From Patescibacteria group bacterium (GTDB lineage Bacteria > Patescibacteriota > Patescibacteriia > 2-12-FULL-57-11), in NCBI GenBank assembly GCA_004297205.1, contig SCUL01000002.1, forward strand, positions 252,594 through 316,593: a DNA stretch of 64,000 nucleotides, written 5' to 3'. The notes beneath the pieces were generated by a model. It was not told the origin of the DNA and made no database searches. It saw only the letters and a list, made by a program, of their open reading frames with translations. Below are positions 55,823-64,000 of this stretch, piece after piece. The translations under genes were made by a program, and so were the position numbers. Position 1 is the stretch's first letter, and each line of letters starts with the position of its first letter.

Positions 55823-57063
55823 ACGCGCGGCGGCGGCAGTTGCGCGAGCACCGCTTCCAGCGCCTCCACGGAGCGCTCCCAACGCCAGTGCTCCTCGGCG
55901 TAGCGGCGGACGGCGGTCCGGCGGTTGACCCGCTCGGCTTCCGGCAGGGCCAGGAAGGCGCTCATGGCGCGCGCCAAAGATGCGGTGTCGACAGCGTCGG
56001 CGACGTAGGCGGGATTGATCGGTCCGAGGATTTCCGGCGTGGCGCCGACCGGCGTCCCCACGACCGGCAAACCGGAGGCCAGCGCTTCGAGCGTCGTCAG
56101 CCCCAAACCTTCGTAGGCGATGGTCGGCAGCACGTAGAGGTCGGCGGCGCCGTAGAAGTCGGCGAGCCGTCCGACCGGAATGCTGCCGATCAGCCGCACC
56201 ACATGCTCGGCCTTCTTCTGGCGAATCAGATTTTTCAGCTTGGCCTCGTCCGGCCCGCTGCCGCCGATCAAGCAGATGAGCTTGGGGTTTTTCTGGCGCG
56301 CCGCGATGCAGGCGTCGATCAGAAGCGGCAGGCCCATGCGCGGCACCAGCCGGCGGACGCTGAAGATCACATCCGCGTCCTCCGGAATGCCAAGGTGGAT
56401 GCGCAGCGCCCGGCGGCTCGGCCGCGGCGCGAAGGCGACGAGGTCCACGCCGCCGGGAATCTCCTGCGCTTTACCGGCCACGTCCGGATAGGTTTCCCCA
56501 AGCAGCTGGACCGAAAATCGGGACAGCGTGAGGATGCGCTCAGAGCGGGACAGCGCCCTGTGTTCGTTGGCTTTGGTGATGGCGAGCTGGAGCGGCGCCC
56601 CGAAGATGCCGATGATCTTGCCGAGCAACGAACGGGAGATGCTGCCGAACTTCCGATCGAGCTGCAATTCCTTATAGACGGAAGCATGGAAGAGGTACAC
56701 CGCAGGAAAGGCCCGGCTGTAGGCGGAACGGAAGTAGCCGGCGCCGGGAAACGGATGGTGCAGGATGACGGCGTCCGGCAGCCACTCCGTGAGCAGCGCC
56801 TCGAAGGCCTTGGGGACGGCCAACAGATCGACGAAACTCTTGCCGATGAGTTTGCGCAGCAATGGACGGCCGTAGCGGATGACGCGCACGCCGTCGATCG
56901 TTTCCTCGGCCGGCAGATCGGCCCGGTCGCGGTGGACGAGAACGACCACCTGATGCCCGCGCGCCGCCAACAACCGGGCATGTTCGGCCACGACACGCTC
57001 ACTTCCCCCGAAGGTGTCGGGAAAGTACAGCTGGCTGATGATCAGGATCTTTTTGGCCTCCAT
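55819..57063 (-). CDS. glycosyltransferase family 4 (GT4)
   Basis: Start MEAKKILIISQLYFPD at ATG 57063 (track ORF begins at TTG 57084); ...YVLPTIAYEGLGLTTLEALASGLPVVGTPVGATPEIL. Confidence 0.75.
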   Translation of the reverse strand: MEAKKILIISQLYFPDTFGGSERVVAEHARLLAARGHQVVVLVHRDRADLPAEETIDGVRVIRYGRPLLRKLIGKSFVDLLAVPKAFEALLTEWLPDAVILHHPFPGAGYFRSAYSRAFPAVYLFHASVYKELQLDRKFGSISRSLLGKIIGIFGAPLQLAITKANEHRALSRSERILTLSRFSVQLLGETYPDVAGKAQEIPGGVDLVAFAPRPSRRALRIHLGIPEDADVIFSVRRLVPRMGLPLLIDACIAARQKNPKLICLIGGSGPDEAKLKNLIRQKKAEHVVRLIGSIPVGRLADFYGAADLYVLPTIAYEGLGLTTLEALASGLPVVGTPVGATPEILGPINPAYVADAVDTASLARAMSAFLALPEAERVNRRTAVRRYAEEHWRWERSVEALEAVLAQLPPPRV

Positions 57064-57105
57064 AGATCGCATCCATGGTATCAAAAACCGCCGAAGTTCG
57101 CTCAG

Positions 57106-57158
57106 AATAAAAAAGGCGGTCGGGAGGGAGAGCGGTCGAAACCACTCCCCTCCCGACC
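57106..57158 (-). terminator. rho-independent terminator of the giant Cys-rich repeat gene
   Basis: Minus-strand hairpin GGTCGGGAGGG...CCCTCCCGACC (57118-57158) followed by UUUUUUAUU (plus 57106-57114 AATAAAAAA). Confidence 0.7.
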
Positions 57159-57209
57159 AGTCGCGTCAGCGTCCCAGGGGCATCTGGAACGCCGCGCGTG
57201 TACGCGCGA

Positions 57210-60200
57210 CTACGGGCAGACGACCCCGTTGTCGATCACTCCGTTGCAGTCGTCGTCGAGCCCGTTGCACACCTCGGCGGATCCGAAGGTGCTGGGGCTG
57301 CAGGGGCCGTAACCGGATCCGTCCGCGAAGCACGTCGTCGTGCCCGCGGCGCAGACGCCCGGCATGCCGGTGCTGCAGGAGAGACCGGCGCCAGCGGTGC
57401 AGGCGACACAGGTCTCGTCGACCATGCCGTTGCAGCTGTCGTCGATCGCGTTGCCGCACACCTCGGGGTTCCCGCCGGTCAGCAGCACGCACGGTCCGTA
57501 CCCGCTGCCCGAGGGCAGGCAGGTGGACTCGCCGCGCGCGCAGATCCCGGTGAGGCCCGTGGCACAGTTGATGACCGTGCCGGGCGTGCAGGAGGCGACG
57601 TCGTCGGTGACGCCGTTGCAGTCGTCGTCGGTACCGTTGCTCGGGATCTCCGAGACGGGACCGGCGACCGGCAGGCAGGCCGTGAACGACCGCCCGTCGG
57701 GACGGCAGGTCATCGAGCCCATGGTGCAGAGTCCGAGCAGGCCCGTGAGGCAGCTCTCGCTCAGACCCGGGGTGCAGACGCACCCCTCGTCCGCGGTGCC
57801 GTCGCAATCCGAGTCGATCCCGTCACCGGGGCACGTCTCGGGCAGCGGGGCGACCGTCGGGGTGCACGGCGTCCAGCTGCGACCGCTGTCGCAGGTCTGG
57901 ATGCCGGTGCTGCAGGCGCCGTCGAGGCCCGTCGTGCACGCGCGGCTCGCGCCGCTCGTGCAGAGGCAGCCATCGTCGGCGGTGCCGTCGCAGTCCGAGT
58001 CGAGCCCGTCGCCGCACAGGTCCGAGCTCGGACCGGTGGTCGACGTGCAGTGGCTCCAGCCGCGGCCGTCCGCGTCGCAGGTCTGCGTCCCGGCGGAGCA
58101 CACGCCCGGCAGCCCCGTGGGGCAGCCGCGCGTCGTTCCACCGATGCAGGTGCAGACCTCCTCGTCCGCGTTGGCGTCACAGTCGTTGTCGACGCCGTCG
58201 CAGACTTCGGAGGTGGGTCCCGTCGCGCCGACGCAGGGGCCGTAGCCCCGGCCGTCGGAACGGCAGGTGTGGGTGCCCGCGCCGCAGGCGCCGGCGAGGC
58301 CCGTGCTGCACGCCTCGGTCAGACCGGGGGTGCAGCTGCAGACCTCTTCGTCGGCGAATCCATCGCAGTCGTCGTCGAGGCCGTTGCAGGTCTCGCCGGT
58401 CGAGGGGATGGTCGGCAGGCAGGCCGTGAAGCCGCGCCCGCCGGCGATGCAGGTCATGATGCCCGCGCTGCAGACGCCCGGGAGCCCCGTGAGGCAGCCC
58501 GCACTCACGCCAACGGCGCAGGTGCAGACCTCCTCGTCGGCCGGACCGTCACAGTCGTCGTCGACCCCGTTGCAGGTCTCGGACGACGGCGCGATTCCCG
58601 GCAGACAGGGACCCCAGGTGAGGCCCGCCGCGCAGGTTTGGAGACCCGTGCTGCAGACGCCGGACTGGCCCGTCAGGCAGGAGCGCGTGGCCCCGGCCGT
58701 GCAGGAGCAGCCCTCGTCCGCGGTGCCGTCGCAGTCGTTGTCCGCACCGTCGGCGCAGACGTCGACCGTGGGGGCCGTCGTCGGCAGGCAGGTGCCCCAG
58801 CCGCGTCCGTCGCCGGAGCACGTCTGGAGGCCCGCGGCGCAGGCGCCGGGCAGGCTCGTGATGCAGCCGCGCGTCGTGGAGGCGGTGCAGGTGCACACCT
58901 CCTCGTCGGCGAGGCCGTCGCAGTCGTTGTCGCTGCCGTCGCAGATCTCGGAGCTCGGTCCCGCCGAAGGCAGGCACGGGCTCCAGGTGCGTCCGGCGTC
59001 GCAGGTCTGCGTGCCGGTGCCGCAGACGCCGAGCCGCTCCGTGTCGCACGTCCGGGTCACCCCGGGCGTACAGGAGCAGCCCTCGTCCGCCTCACCGTCG
59101 CAGTCGTTGTCGAGGCCGTCCGCGCAGACGTCGACGCTCGGCGCGCTCGTCGGCGTGCAGGGGCCGAAGCCCCGCCCGTCGGCGTCGCAGCGCTGGGTGC
59201 CGGCCGCGCACACGCCCGGCAGCGACGTCACGCAGGCGCGCGGCGCGAGGGGGGTGCAGGTGCACACGTCCTCGTCCGCGATCCCGTCGCAGTCGTCGTC
59301 CCGGCCGTTGCAGACCTCGAGGGTGGCGACGCCCGTCGGGATGCAGGCATCCCAGCGGCCGCCGGTGCAGGCCTGGAGGCCCGCGCTGCAGACGCCGTCG
59401 AGGCCGCTCGTGCACGGACGGCTCGCGCCGCTCGTGCAGGTGCAATCCTCGTCGGCGGTGCCGTCGCAGTCGGTGTCGAGGCCGTCGCCGCAGGCGTCCG
59501 CGGAGCGGACGAAGCCGCTCAGGCAGGCGCCCCAGCCGCGTCCGTCGCTGTCGCAGGTCTGGGTGCCGGCCGCGCAGCTGCCGGGCTGACCGGTGTCGCA
59601 GGCGCGCGTCGTCCCCGCGGGGCACGCGCACACCTCCTCGTCGGCCGTCCCGTCGCAGTCGTCGTCCTGGCCGTTGCAGACCTCGGCCGAACCCGCGGCG
59701 CCGGGGAGGCAGGCCGTGAAGCCGCGTCCCCCGCTCACGCAGGTCATGGTCCCGCCGGCGCAGACGCCGGCCAGGCCCGTGAGGCAGCTCGCGGAGGCGC
59801 CGACGGTGCAGGTGCACACGCCGTCGTCGTCCGCCAGCCCATCACAGTCGTTGTCGATGCCGTCGCAGATCTCGAGGCTCGGACCCGCCGAAGGCAGGCA
59901 CGGGCTCCAGATGCGTCCGGCATCGCAGGTCTGCGAGCCGCTGCTGCACGCGCCGAAGAGTCCCGTCAGACACGACTGGCTTGCGCCCGCCGTGCACGAG
60001 CACCCCTCGTCCGCGCTGCCGTCGCAGTCCGAGTCGACGCCATCGCCGCAGATGTCCACGGTGGGAGCGAGGCTCGGGATGCAGGCGTTCCAGCCGCGGC
60101 CATCACTGGCGCACGTCTCGACGCCCGCGCTGCAGAGACCGGGCAGCGACGTCACGCAGGGGCGGGTCGAGAGGCGCGTGCAGGTGCACACTTCCTCGTC

Positions 60201-62438
60201 GGCCGTCCCGTCGCAGTCGTTGTCGATGCCGTCGCACGTCTCCGTGCTCGACGCCACCGTCGGGGTGCAGGGACCCCACTCGAGTCCGTCGGTGCAGGCC
60301 TGGGTGCCGGCGGAGCAGGCGCCCGGGAGCGTCGTCACGCACGTCCGGCTCGCGCCGGGCGCGCAGTCGCAGCCCTCGTCCGCGGTGCCGTCGCAGTCCG
60401 AGTCGACGCCGTCGGCGCAGACGTCCGGGGAGGACGCCGTCGTCGGCAGGCAGGGGCTCCAGCCGCGGCCGTCGCCGTCGCAGGTCTGCTCGCCGGCGGC
60501 GCAGACGCCGCCGAGACCGCTCAGGCAGCCGCGGGTGGCGAAGGGCGTGCAGTCGCACACCTCCTCGTCCGCGACCCCGTCGCAGTCGTCGTCGACGCCG
60601 TTGCACGTCTCGGCGACGCTCCCGCTCGTGGGGAGGCAGTCGCCGTACATGCGGCCGTCGGCCGTGCAGGTCCGCGTTCCCGCGCTGCAGCGCCCAGGGA
60701 GGGTGCTGACGCAGGTGATCACGTCGCCGGGAGCGCAGGTGCACCCCTCGTCGGCCGTGCCGTCGCAGTCGCTATCCACGCCGTCTCCGCAGACGTCGGG
60801 GAAGGCCAGCCAGGGCCAGATGAACGGCTCGCACGGACTCCAGCCGCGGCCGTCGGCGCTGCAGAACTGGGTGCCGTCGGCGCACTCGCCGAAGAACCCG
60901 GTCACGCAGAGGCGGAAGTCGAAGGGCGTGCAGGTGCACACCTCCTCGTCGGCCGTCCCGTCGCAGTCGTTGTCGATGCCGTCGCAGGTCTCGGACGTCG
61001 GTCCGGACGTGGACAGGCAGGGACCCCAACCGCGGCCGGAGGCGTCGCAGGACTGGGTGCCCGCGGCGCACTGGCCGAACGAACCGCTCGCGCAGGCGCG
61101 GCTCGAGAGCGGCGTGCAGTCGCACACCTCCTCGTCCGCGGTGCCGTCGCAGTCGTTGTCCAGTCCGTCGCAGACCTCGGAGCCCGGACCGCTCGTCGGC
61201 AGGCACGGCGTGTAGCCGCGGCCGCCGTCGGCGCAGGTCTGGGTGCCGGTGGCGCAGACGCCGTCCTCGCCGCTGAGGCAGCTGCGGGTGGCGCCGGGCG
61301 TGCAGTCGCACACGTCGTCGTCATCCGCGATGCCGTCGCAGTCGTCGTCGACGCCGTTGCAGCGCTCGGGGCTCGGGACGTTCAGCGACAGGCAGGTGCC
61401 GTAGCTGCGTCCGTCGCTGGAGCACCGCTGCTCGCCGATGTCGCAGGCGCCGGGGATGCCGCTGTGGCAGGACCGGATGTCTCCGGGCATGCAGTCGCAC
61501 ACCTCCTCGTCCGCCGTTCCGTCGCAGTCGTTGTCGAGACCGTCGCAGGTCTCGGGGCTCGCGCCCAGGTCCGGGATGCAGTGGCCCCACACCGAGTCGG
61601 TGCAGGTCTGCAGGCCGCCGGCGCACTCGCCCGGGAGCGGAGAGACGCACGGTCGGCTCGCGCCGCTCGTGCACTCGCAGCCCTCGTCGGCCGTGCCGTC
61701 GCAGTCGTTGTCGACGCCGTCGTCACAGACCTCGTCGGACTCCGTCACCGTGGGCAGGCAGGGACCGAAGCCTCGGCCCGCCGCGGTGCAGGTCTGCGTG
61801 CCGGTGCGGCACGCTCCCGCGAGTCCCGTCAGGCAGCTGCGCGCCGACCCCGCCGAACACTCGCAGACGTCCTCGTCCGCGATGCCGTCGCAGTCGTTGT
61901 CGATGCCGTCGCAGGTCTCCGCGGATTCGCGCGCGCTCGGCAGGCACTCCGTGAAGGAGATGCCGTCCGGGCGGCAGCGCATCGTGCCGAGCGCGCAGGC
62001 GCCGGGCAGATCCGTGATGCAGGGCTCGGTCACGCCGGGGTCGCAGCTGCACCCCTCGTCGACCATGCCGTTGCAGTTGTTGTCCCTTCGGTCGTCGCAG
62101 ATCTCGATCTCGTCGCCGCACAGGCAGTCGATGTGATCGTCGATCTGACCGTCGCAGTCGTTGTCGACCGCGTCGCAGACCTCGCCGCTGGGCAGGCCCT
62201 CGCCGACGCAGTGGCCCCACGTGCCGTCCGGCGCGCAGAGCCGCACCCCGTTGGTGCACTGACCGAGCCCGCCGTACCCGCTGCAGATCCCGGTGATGCC
62301 CGGAACGCAGTCGCCGGACGGCGGCACGCCGCCGTCAGGACTAGGAATGAAGACGTTGGTGTCTCCCTCCTGGGTCGTACATCCGCTGAAGATGCCGAGC
62401 AGCACGCCGAGCGCGATCGCCCGACAGGTGTTGCTCAT
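57210..62438 (-). CDS. giant lipoprotein (1742 aa) composed of ~30 tandem MopE-like Cys-rich putative metal/Ca-binding repeats
   Basis: Start MSNTCRAIALGVLLGIFSGC (lipobox) at 62438 with GGAGG RBS (62443-62447); repeat unit ~55 aa: C.C.PG..R.C..G..G.C..G.Q.C...G..W..C.P.....E.CDG.DNDCDG.ADE; upstream 81 in-frame codons are Arg-rich and lack RBS. Confidence 0.8.
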   Translation of the reverse strand: MSNTCRAIALGVLLGIFSGCTTQEGDTNVFIPSPDGGVPPSGDCVPGITGICSGYGGLGQCTNGVRLCAPDGTWGHCVGEGLPSGEVCDAVDNDCDGQIDDHIDCLCGDEIEICDDRRDNNCNGMVDEGCSCDPGVTEPCITDLPGACALGTMRCRPDGISFTECLPSARESAETCDGIDNDCDGIADEDVCECSAGSARSCLTGLAGACRTGTQTCTAAGRGFGPCLPTVTESDEVCDDGVDNDCDGTADEGCECTSGASRPCVSPLPGECAGGLQTCTDSVWGHCIPDLGASPETCDGLDNDCDGTADEEVCDCMPGDIRSCHSGIPGACDIGEQRCSSDGRSYGTCLSLNVPSPERCNGVDDDCDGIADDDDVCDCTPGATRSCLSGEDGVCATGTQTCADGGRGYTPCLPTSGPGSEVCDGLDNDCDGTADEEVCDCTPLSSRACASGSFGQCAAGTQSCDASGRGWGPCLSTSGPTSETCDGIDNDCDGTADEEVCTCTPFDFRLCVTGFFGECADGTQFCSADGRGWSPCEPFIWPWLAFPDVCGDGVDSDCDGTADEGCTCAPGDVITCVSTLPGRCSAGTRTCTADGRMYGDCLPTSGSVAETCNGVDDDCDGVADEEVCDCTPFATRGCLSGLGGVCAAGEQTCDGDGRGWSPCLPTTASSPDVCADGVDSDCDGTADEGCDCAPGASRTCVTTLPGACSAGTQACTDGLEWGPCTPTVASSTETCDGIDNDCDGTADEEVCTCTRLSTRPCVTSLPGLCSAGVETCASDGRGWNACIPSLAPTVDICGDGVDSDCDGSADEGCSCTAGASQSCLTGLFGACSSGSQTCDAGRIWSPCLPSAGPSLEICDGIDNDCDGLADDDGVCTCTVGASASCLTGLAGVCAGGTMTCVSGGRGFTACLPGAAGSAEVCNGQDDDCDGTADEEVCACPAGTTRACDTGQPGSCAAGTQTCDSDGRGWGACLSGFVRSADACGDGLDTDCDGTADEDCTCTSGASRPCTSGLDGVCSAGLQACTGGRWDACIPTGVATLEVCNGRDDDCDGIADEDVCTCTPLAPRACVTSLPGVCAAGTQRCDADGRGFGPCTPTSAPSVDVCADGLDNDCDGEADEGCSCTPGVTRTCDTERLGVCGTGTQTCDAGRTWSPCLPSAGPSSEICDGSDNDCDGLADEEVCTCTASTTRGCITSLPGACAAGLQTCSGDGRGWGTCLPTTAPTVDVCADGADNDCDGTADEGCSCTAGATRSCLTGQSGVCSTGLQTCAAGLTWGPCLPGIAPSSETCNGVDDDCDGPADEEVCTCAVGVSAGCLTGLPGVCSAGIMTCIAGGRGFTACLPTIPSTGETCNGLDDDCDGFADEEVCSCTPGLTEACSTGLAGACGAGTHTCRSDGRGYGPCVGATGPTSEVCDGVDNDCDANADEEVCTCIGGTTRGCPTGLPGVCSAGTQTCDADGRGWSHCTSTTGPSSDLCGDGLDSDCDGTADDGCLCTSGASRACTTGLDGACSTGIQTCDSGRSWTPCTPTVAPLPETCPGDGIDSDCDGTADEGCVCTPGLSESCLTGLLGLCTMGSMTCRPDGRSFTACLPVAGPVSEIPSNGTDDDCNGVTDDVASCTPGTVINCATGLTGICARGESTCLPSGSGYGPCVLLTGGNPEVCGNAIDDSCNGMVDETCVACTAGAGLSCSTGMPGVCAAGTTTCFADGSGYGPCSPSTFGSAEVCNGLDDDCNGVIDNGVVCP
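57300..62100 (-). repeat. tandem ~165-nt coding repeats (MopE-like Cys-rich modules) inside giant gene
   Basis: Recurrent nucleotide blocks (e.g. gtcgtcgaggccgttgcagacctcgg / ccgtcgcagtcgttgtc) mirroring protein repeats; boundaries approximate. Confidence 0.6.
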
Positions 62439-62783
62439 TCTGCCTCCCATGTTCATGTTCCTCCGCAGTAGTCGTTTTGGCCTCCATACCGGCGATGCCC
62501 GCGCCGGCGTGAAGGACGTTGTCTCCGGATTGTCAACCTGGCGCTTTCCCGCATGGGCCAGACGTCGCCTCTGCCGCGTTCCCGACATGCGGAACGCGGT
62601 GAACATCGCTGCCTGACGCCGGCCGAGGGGGAAAGTCGAATCCTCAGCCGCCGTCTTCAGGGATGCTGCAAATCCGGGCAAATACAGAACCCGAACGAAC
62701 GCGGCACCTCACCAAAATCCTGGGCTTTTGTCAACCCTTATGTAACGAGCTACTGAGATTCCCCCGCCAGGCGGGGGAATGAC

Positions 62784-62838
62784 AAAAAAATGAACTCCGG
62801 ATCAGCGACCTCCCCAGGGGGAAGTCTCCGATCCGGAG
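62784..62838 (-). terminator. rho-independent terminator of lipoprotein gene 62868-63524
   Basis: Minus-strand hairpin CTCCGGATC...GATCCGGAG (62795-62838, with inner CCCC/GGGG pairing) followed by UUCAUUUUUUU (plus A-run 62784-62790). Confidence 0.65.
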
Positions 62839-62867
62839 CACGGGCAGCAGGCTGCCCGGGGTGTCGG

Positions 62868-63524
62868 CTAGCGACCGACGACGAACGACCAGTTGCGGCC
62901 GCCGCCTTCGGTGATGCCGACGACCGCGACGGCGTCGGTGCGGTCGATGTCCCACACCGAGTCGCAGTTGCGGTCCTCGCTCACGAAGAGCGTGCCGCGC
63001 GTCTGCACGGCGCCGTGCTCGTCGAGTCCGACGCCCCAGACCTCGCTGCCATCGGCGGTCTCGCCGTAGGCGTTGAAGTCGACGCGGTCGCCGACCGGGA
63101 CGCGGTCGAGGCGGCAGACGACGGTGCCGGTGTCGGACGAGCACTCGCCGTCCATGCCGACGAACCGCTCGACGATGCACGCACCGCCTGGACGACAGCC
63201 CTGGACCTGCGCATAGCGGAGGTCGAGGTCGCTGCGCCAGTAGAAGCGCACGCGGGTGGTGCCCGCGGCGCATCCGCTGACGGGCGGCGGGGCGACCGGG
63301 CCGCTGTCCGCCGCGGGACGCGGCCCGGCGTCGGCGACGGGAGCGGGGCCCCCGTCCGCCGGCCAGCAGTCCTGGTCGGCCTCGTTGAGGTAGCCGTCGC
63401 CGTCGTCGTCGACGGTGTTGTTGCAGACCTCGCGCGGCTCCGGTCCGTCGCCGGTGCTGTCGGCGTCGTAGCAGCCGGCGATGCTGGTGAGAAGAGCGAA
63501 CGAGAGCGTGAGAGAGGTGCGCAT
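62868..63524 (-). CDS. small lipoprotein with N-terminal MopE-like putative metal-binding motif
   Basis: Signal/lipobox LLTSIAGCY; motif CNNTVDDDGDGYLNEADQDC; GGAG RBS ~10 nt upstream of ATG 63524; overlapping track ORF 62731-63606 is Arg-rich junk. Confidence 0.7.
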   Translation of the reverse strand: MRTSLTLSFALLTSIAGCYDADSTGDGPEPREVCNNTVDDDGDGYLNEADQDCWPADGGPAPVADAGPRPAADSGPVAPPPVSGCAAGTTRVRFYWRSDLDLRYAQVQGCRPGGACIVERFVGMDGECSSDTGTVVCRLDRVPVGDRVDFNAYGETADGSEVWGVGLDEHGAVQTRGTLFVSEDRNCDSVWDIDRTDAVAVVGITEGGGRNWSFVVGR

Positions 63525-63577
63525 GGCGCAGGCTCCTGCCCAAGAGGGGGTTGAAAGTTGGTCCCTCCGGACTACGG

Positions 63578-63606
63578 TTTATATCAGAAATCGCCACCCC
63601 TGTCAA
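63578..63606 (-). promoter_or_regulatory. near-consensus sigma70 promoter TTGACA-17-TATAAA for lipoprotein 62868-63524
   Basis: Minus strand TTGACA (63606-63601), 17-nt spacer, TATAAA (63583-63578); ~45-nt leader to ATG 63524. Confidence 0.65.
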
Positions 63607-63621
63607 CCCTGGCGTTTACAG

Positions 63622-63676
63622 AATAAAAAAACGCCCTGCAGGAGCGTGCTCACGAAGAGCACTACTCCCGCAGGGG
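63622..63676 (-). terminator. rho-independent terminator of partial gene 63703-64000
   Basis: Minus-strand hairpin CCCTGCGGGAG...CTCCTGCAGGG (63634-63675) with inner GTGCTC/GAGCAC stem, followed by GUUUUUUUAUU (plus 63624-63630 AAAAAAA). Confidence 0.7.
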
Positions 63677-63702
63677 TTCGCCGCCTCAGAGGCAGCGCGG
63701 AC

Positions 63703-64000
63703 TCACGACCAGCGGCCGCAGTCCTCGTCGGCCGCGTCGTTGCGACCGTCGCCGTCGTTGTCGACACCGTCGTTGCAGCGCAGCTCGCGCGTGCTGCTCG
63801 AGGTGTTGACGCAGACGTTCGGCCATCCCGACGAGTCGTAGCACGGCTCGCAGGCGCCGGGGGCGAGCGTCGTCGGAGGCGTGTAGCCCCCCGACGGGAT
63901 GCTCGGCAGCGTGCAGGTGCTCCCGTTGATCTGGATCACCACGCCCCAGCCGGAGCGCAGGAAGATCGGCGAGAACGGCGTGCTGGTCTCCATGTAGGAG
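63703..64000 (-). CDS. secreted protein with C-terminal MopE-like motif, 3'-terminal fragment (start beyond window)
   Basis: Ends ...CNDGVDNDGDGRNDAADEDCGRWS* at 63703; frame open to window edge. Confidence 0.5.
   Translation of the reverse strand, partial: SYMETSTPFSPIFLRSGWGVVIQINGSTCTLPSIPSGGYTPPTTLAPGACEPCYDSSGWPNVCVNTSSSTRELRCNDGVDNDGDGRNDAADEDCGRWS

Noticed and set aside
57198-62471. 1757-aa ORF on the plus strand covering the giant Cys-rich gene
   Set aside because: Ala/Gly/Arg-rich low-complexity translation with no motifs; it is the antisense shadow of the minus-strand MopE-repeat gene, which has a lipobox, RBS and terminator. This is typical of high-GC DNA.
62439-62681. 81 in-frame codons upstream of the giant gene's MSNTC start (track M1 at 62681 is actually TTG)
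   Set aside because: Arg-rich, no signal peptide, no RBS; the ATG at 62438 has a GGAGG RBS and an immediately following lipoprotein signal, so the region is treated as a 5' leader rather than coding.
62731-63606. 291-aa minus-strand ORF overlapping the small lipoprotein 62868-63524
   Set aside because: Arg-rich (RRRRRR runs) junk frame; the alternative frame encodes a lipobox protein with MopE-like motif, RBS, consensus promoter and terminator.
1-64000. Search for CRISPR arrays, tRNA/rRNA genes, transposase/integrase genes or IS inverted repeats
   Set aside because: No short direct repeats with unique spacers, no tRNA-like cloverleaf candidates in the few intergenic gaps (all under 200 nt except the promoter and leader regions described above), and no transposase/integrase-like ORFs were found. 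The excisionase-family HTH at 47617-47952 is isolated, without integrase or att-like repeats, so it is interpreted as a regulator.

Overview
This window is very GC-rich, densely coded DNA, and most of it is cell-envelope glycan biosynthesis. It contains no rRNA, tRNA, CRISPR array or obvious mobile element.

- **Phospho-alcohol operon (258-4226, plus strand).** Five tightly packed genes: TylF/MycF-type O-methyltransferase, CDP-alcohol phosphatidyltransferase, LicC/IPCT-like sugar-phosphate nucleotidyltransferase, HAD hydrolase and a kinase-like protein. It ends in a strong bidirectional terminator.
- **Minus-strand glycan cluster (4270-33857, about 29.6 kb).** 27 co-directional genes with almost no gaps; many junctions are ATGA/TGATG stop/start overlaps. 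Content:
  - six class I SAM methyltransferases and a second TylF-type O-methyltransferase;
  - two TagF-like CDP-glycerol glycerophosphotransferase paralogues;
  - a NeuB-type nonulosonic acid synthase and a CMP-nonulosonate cytidylyltransferase;
  - a WbpA/B/E/I-like set (CBS-domain nucleotide-sugar dehydrogenase, Gfo/Idh/MocA oxidoreductase, DegT aminotransferase, WecB-family 2-epimerase);
  - an AsnB-type amidotransferase and a D-2-hydroxyacid dehydrogenase;
  - a Wzx-like flippase, GT2 and GT4 glycosyltransferases including a tandem double-GT4, and an unusual FemAB-like GNAT fused to a DegT domain;
  - a near-consensus internal sigma70 promoter giving an almost leaderless transcript upstream of the DegT gene.
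- **Further envelope genes (33.9-41.6 kb).** A divergent GT4 gene, then three tandem paralogous O-antigen-ligase (Wzy_C)-like membrane proteins with TPR tails.
- **Cell-surface module (41.7-50.7 kb).**
  - a 1289-aa Ser/Thr/Gly-rich giant surface protein;
  - a DUF5667-type ('PGDPLY') anti-sigma-like protein and an ECF sigma factor in one operon under a consensus sigma70 promoter;
  - a divergent excisionase-family HTH gene preceded by a perfect TTGTATAC-N6-GTATACAA palindrome;
  - three tandem paralogous lipoproteins (Asp/Ala/Gly/Pro-rich 'DAG' linker plus a roughly 150-aa 12-Cys domain ending 'ATCCR'), each a separate promoter-gene-terminator unit.
- **Distal end (50.7-64 kb).** A membrane hypothetical protein, a secreted glycoside-hydrolase-like protein with FG-GAP repeats and two GT4 genes. 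Then a 1742-aa lipoprotein made of about 30 tandem MopE-like Cys-rich repeats (C-DG-DNDCDG-DE), and two small lipoproteins with the same motif, all with textbook sigma70 promoters and rho-independent terminators.

The main novelty candidates are the CDP-alcohol decoration operon coupled to TagF-like transferases, the uncharacterised Cys-rich lipoprotein family with its strong monocistronic expression signals, and the GNAT-DegT fusion. Lineage hallmarks are mixed: CPR-like (DUF5667, giant S/T protein) alongside Myxococcota-like (DAG linkers, MopE repeats, high GC).
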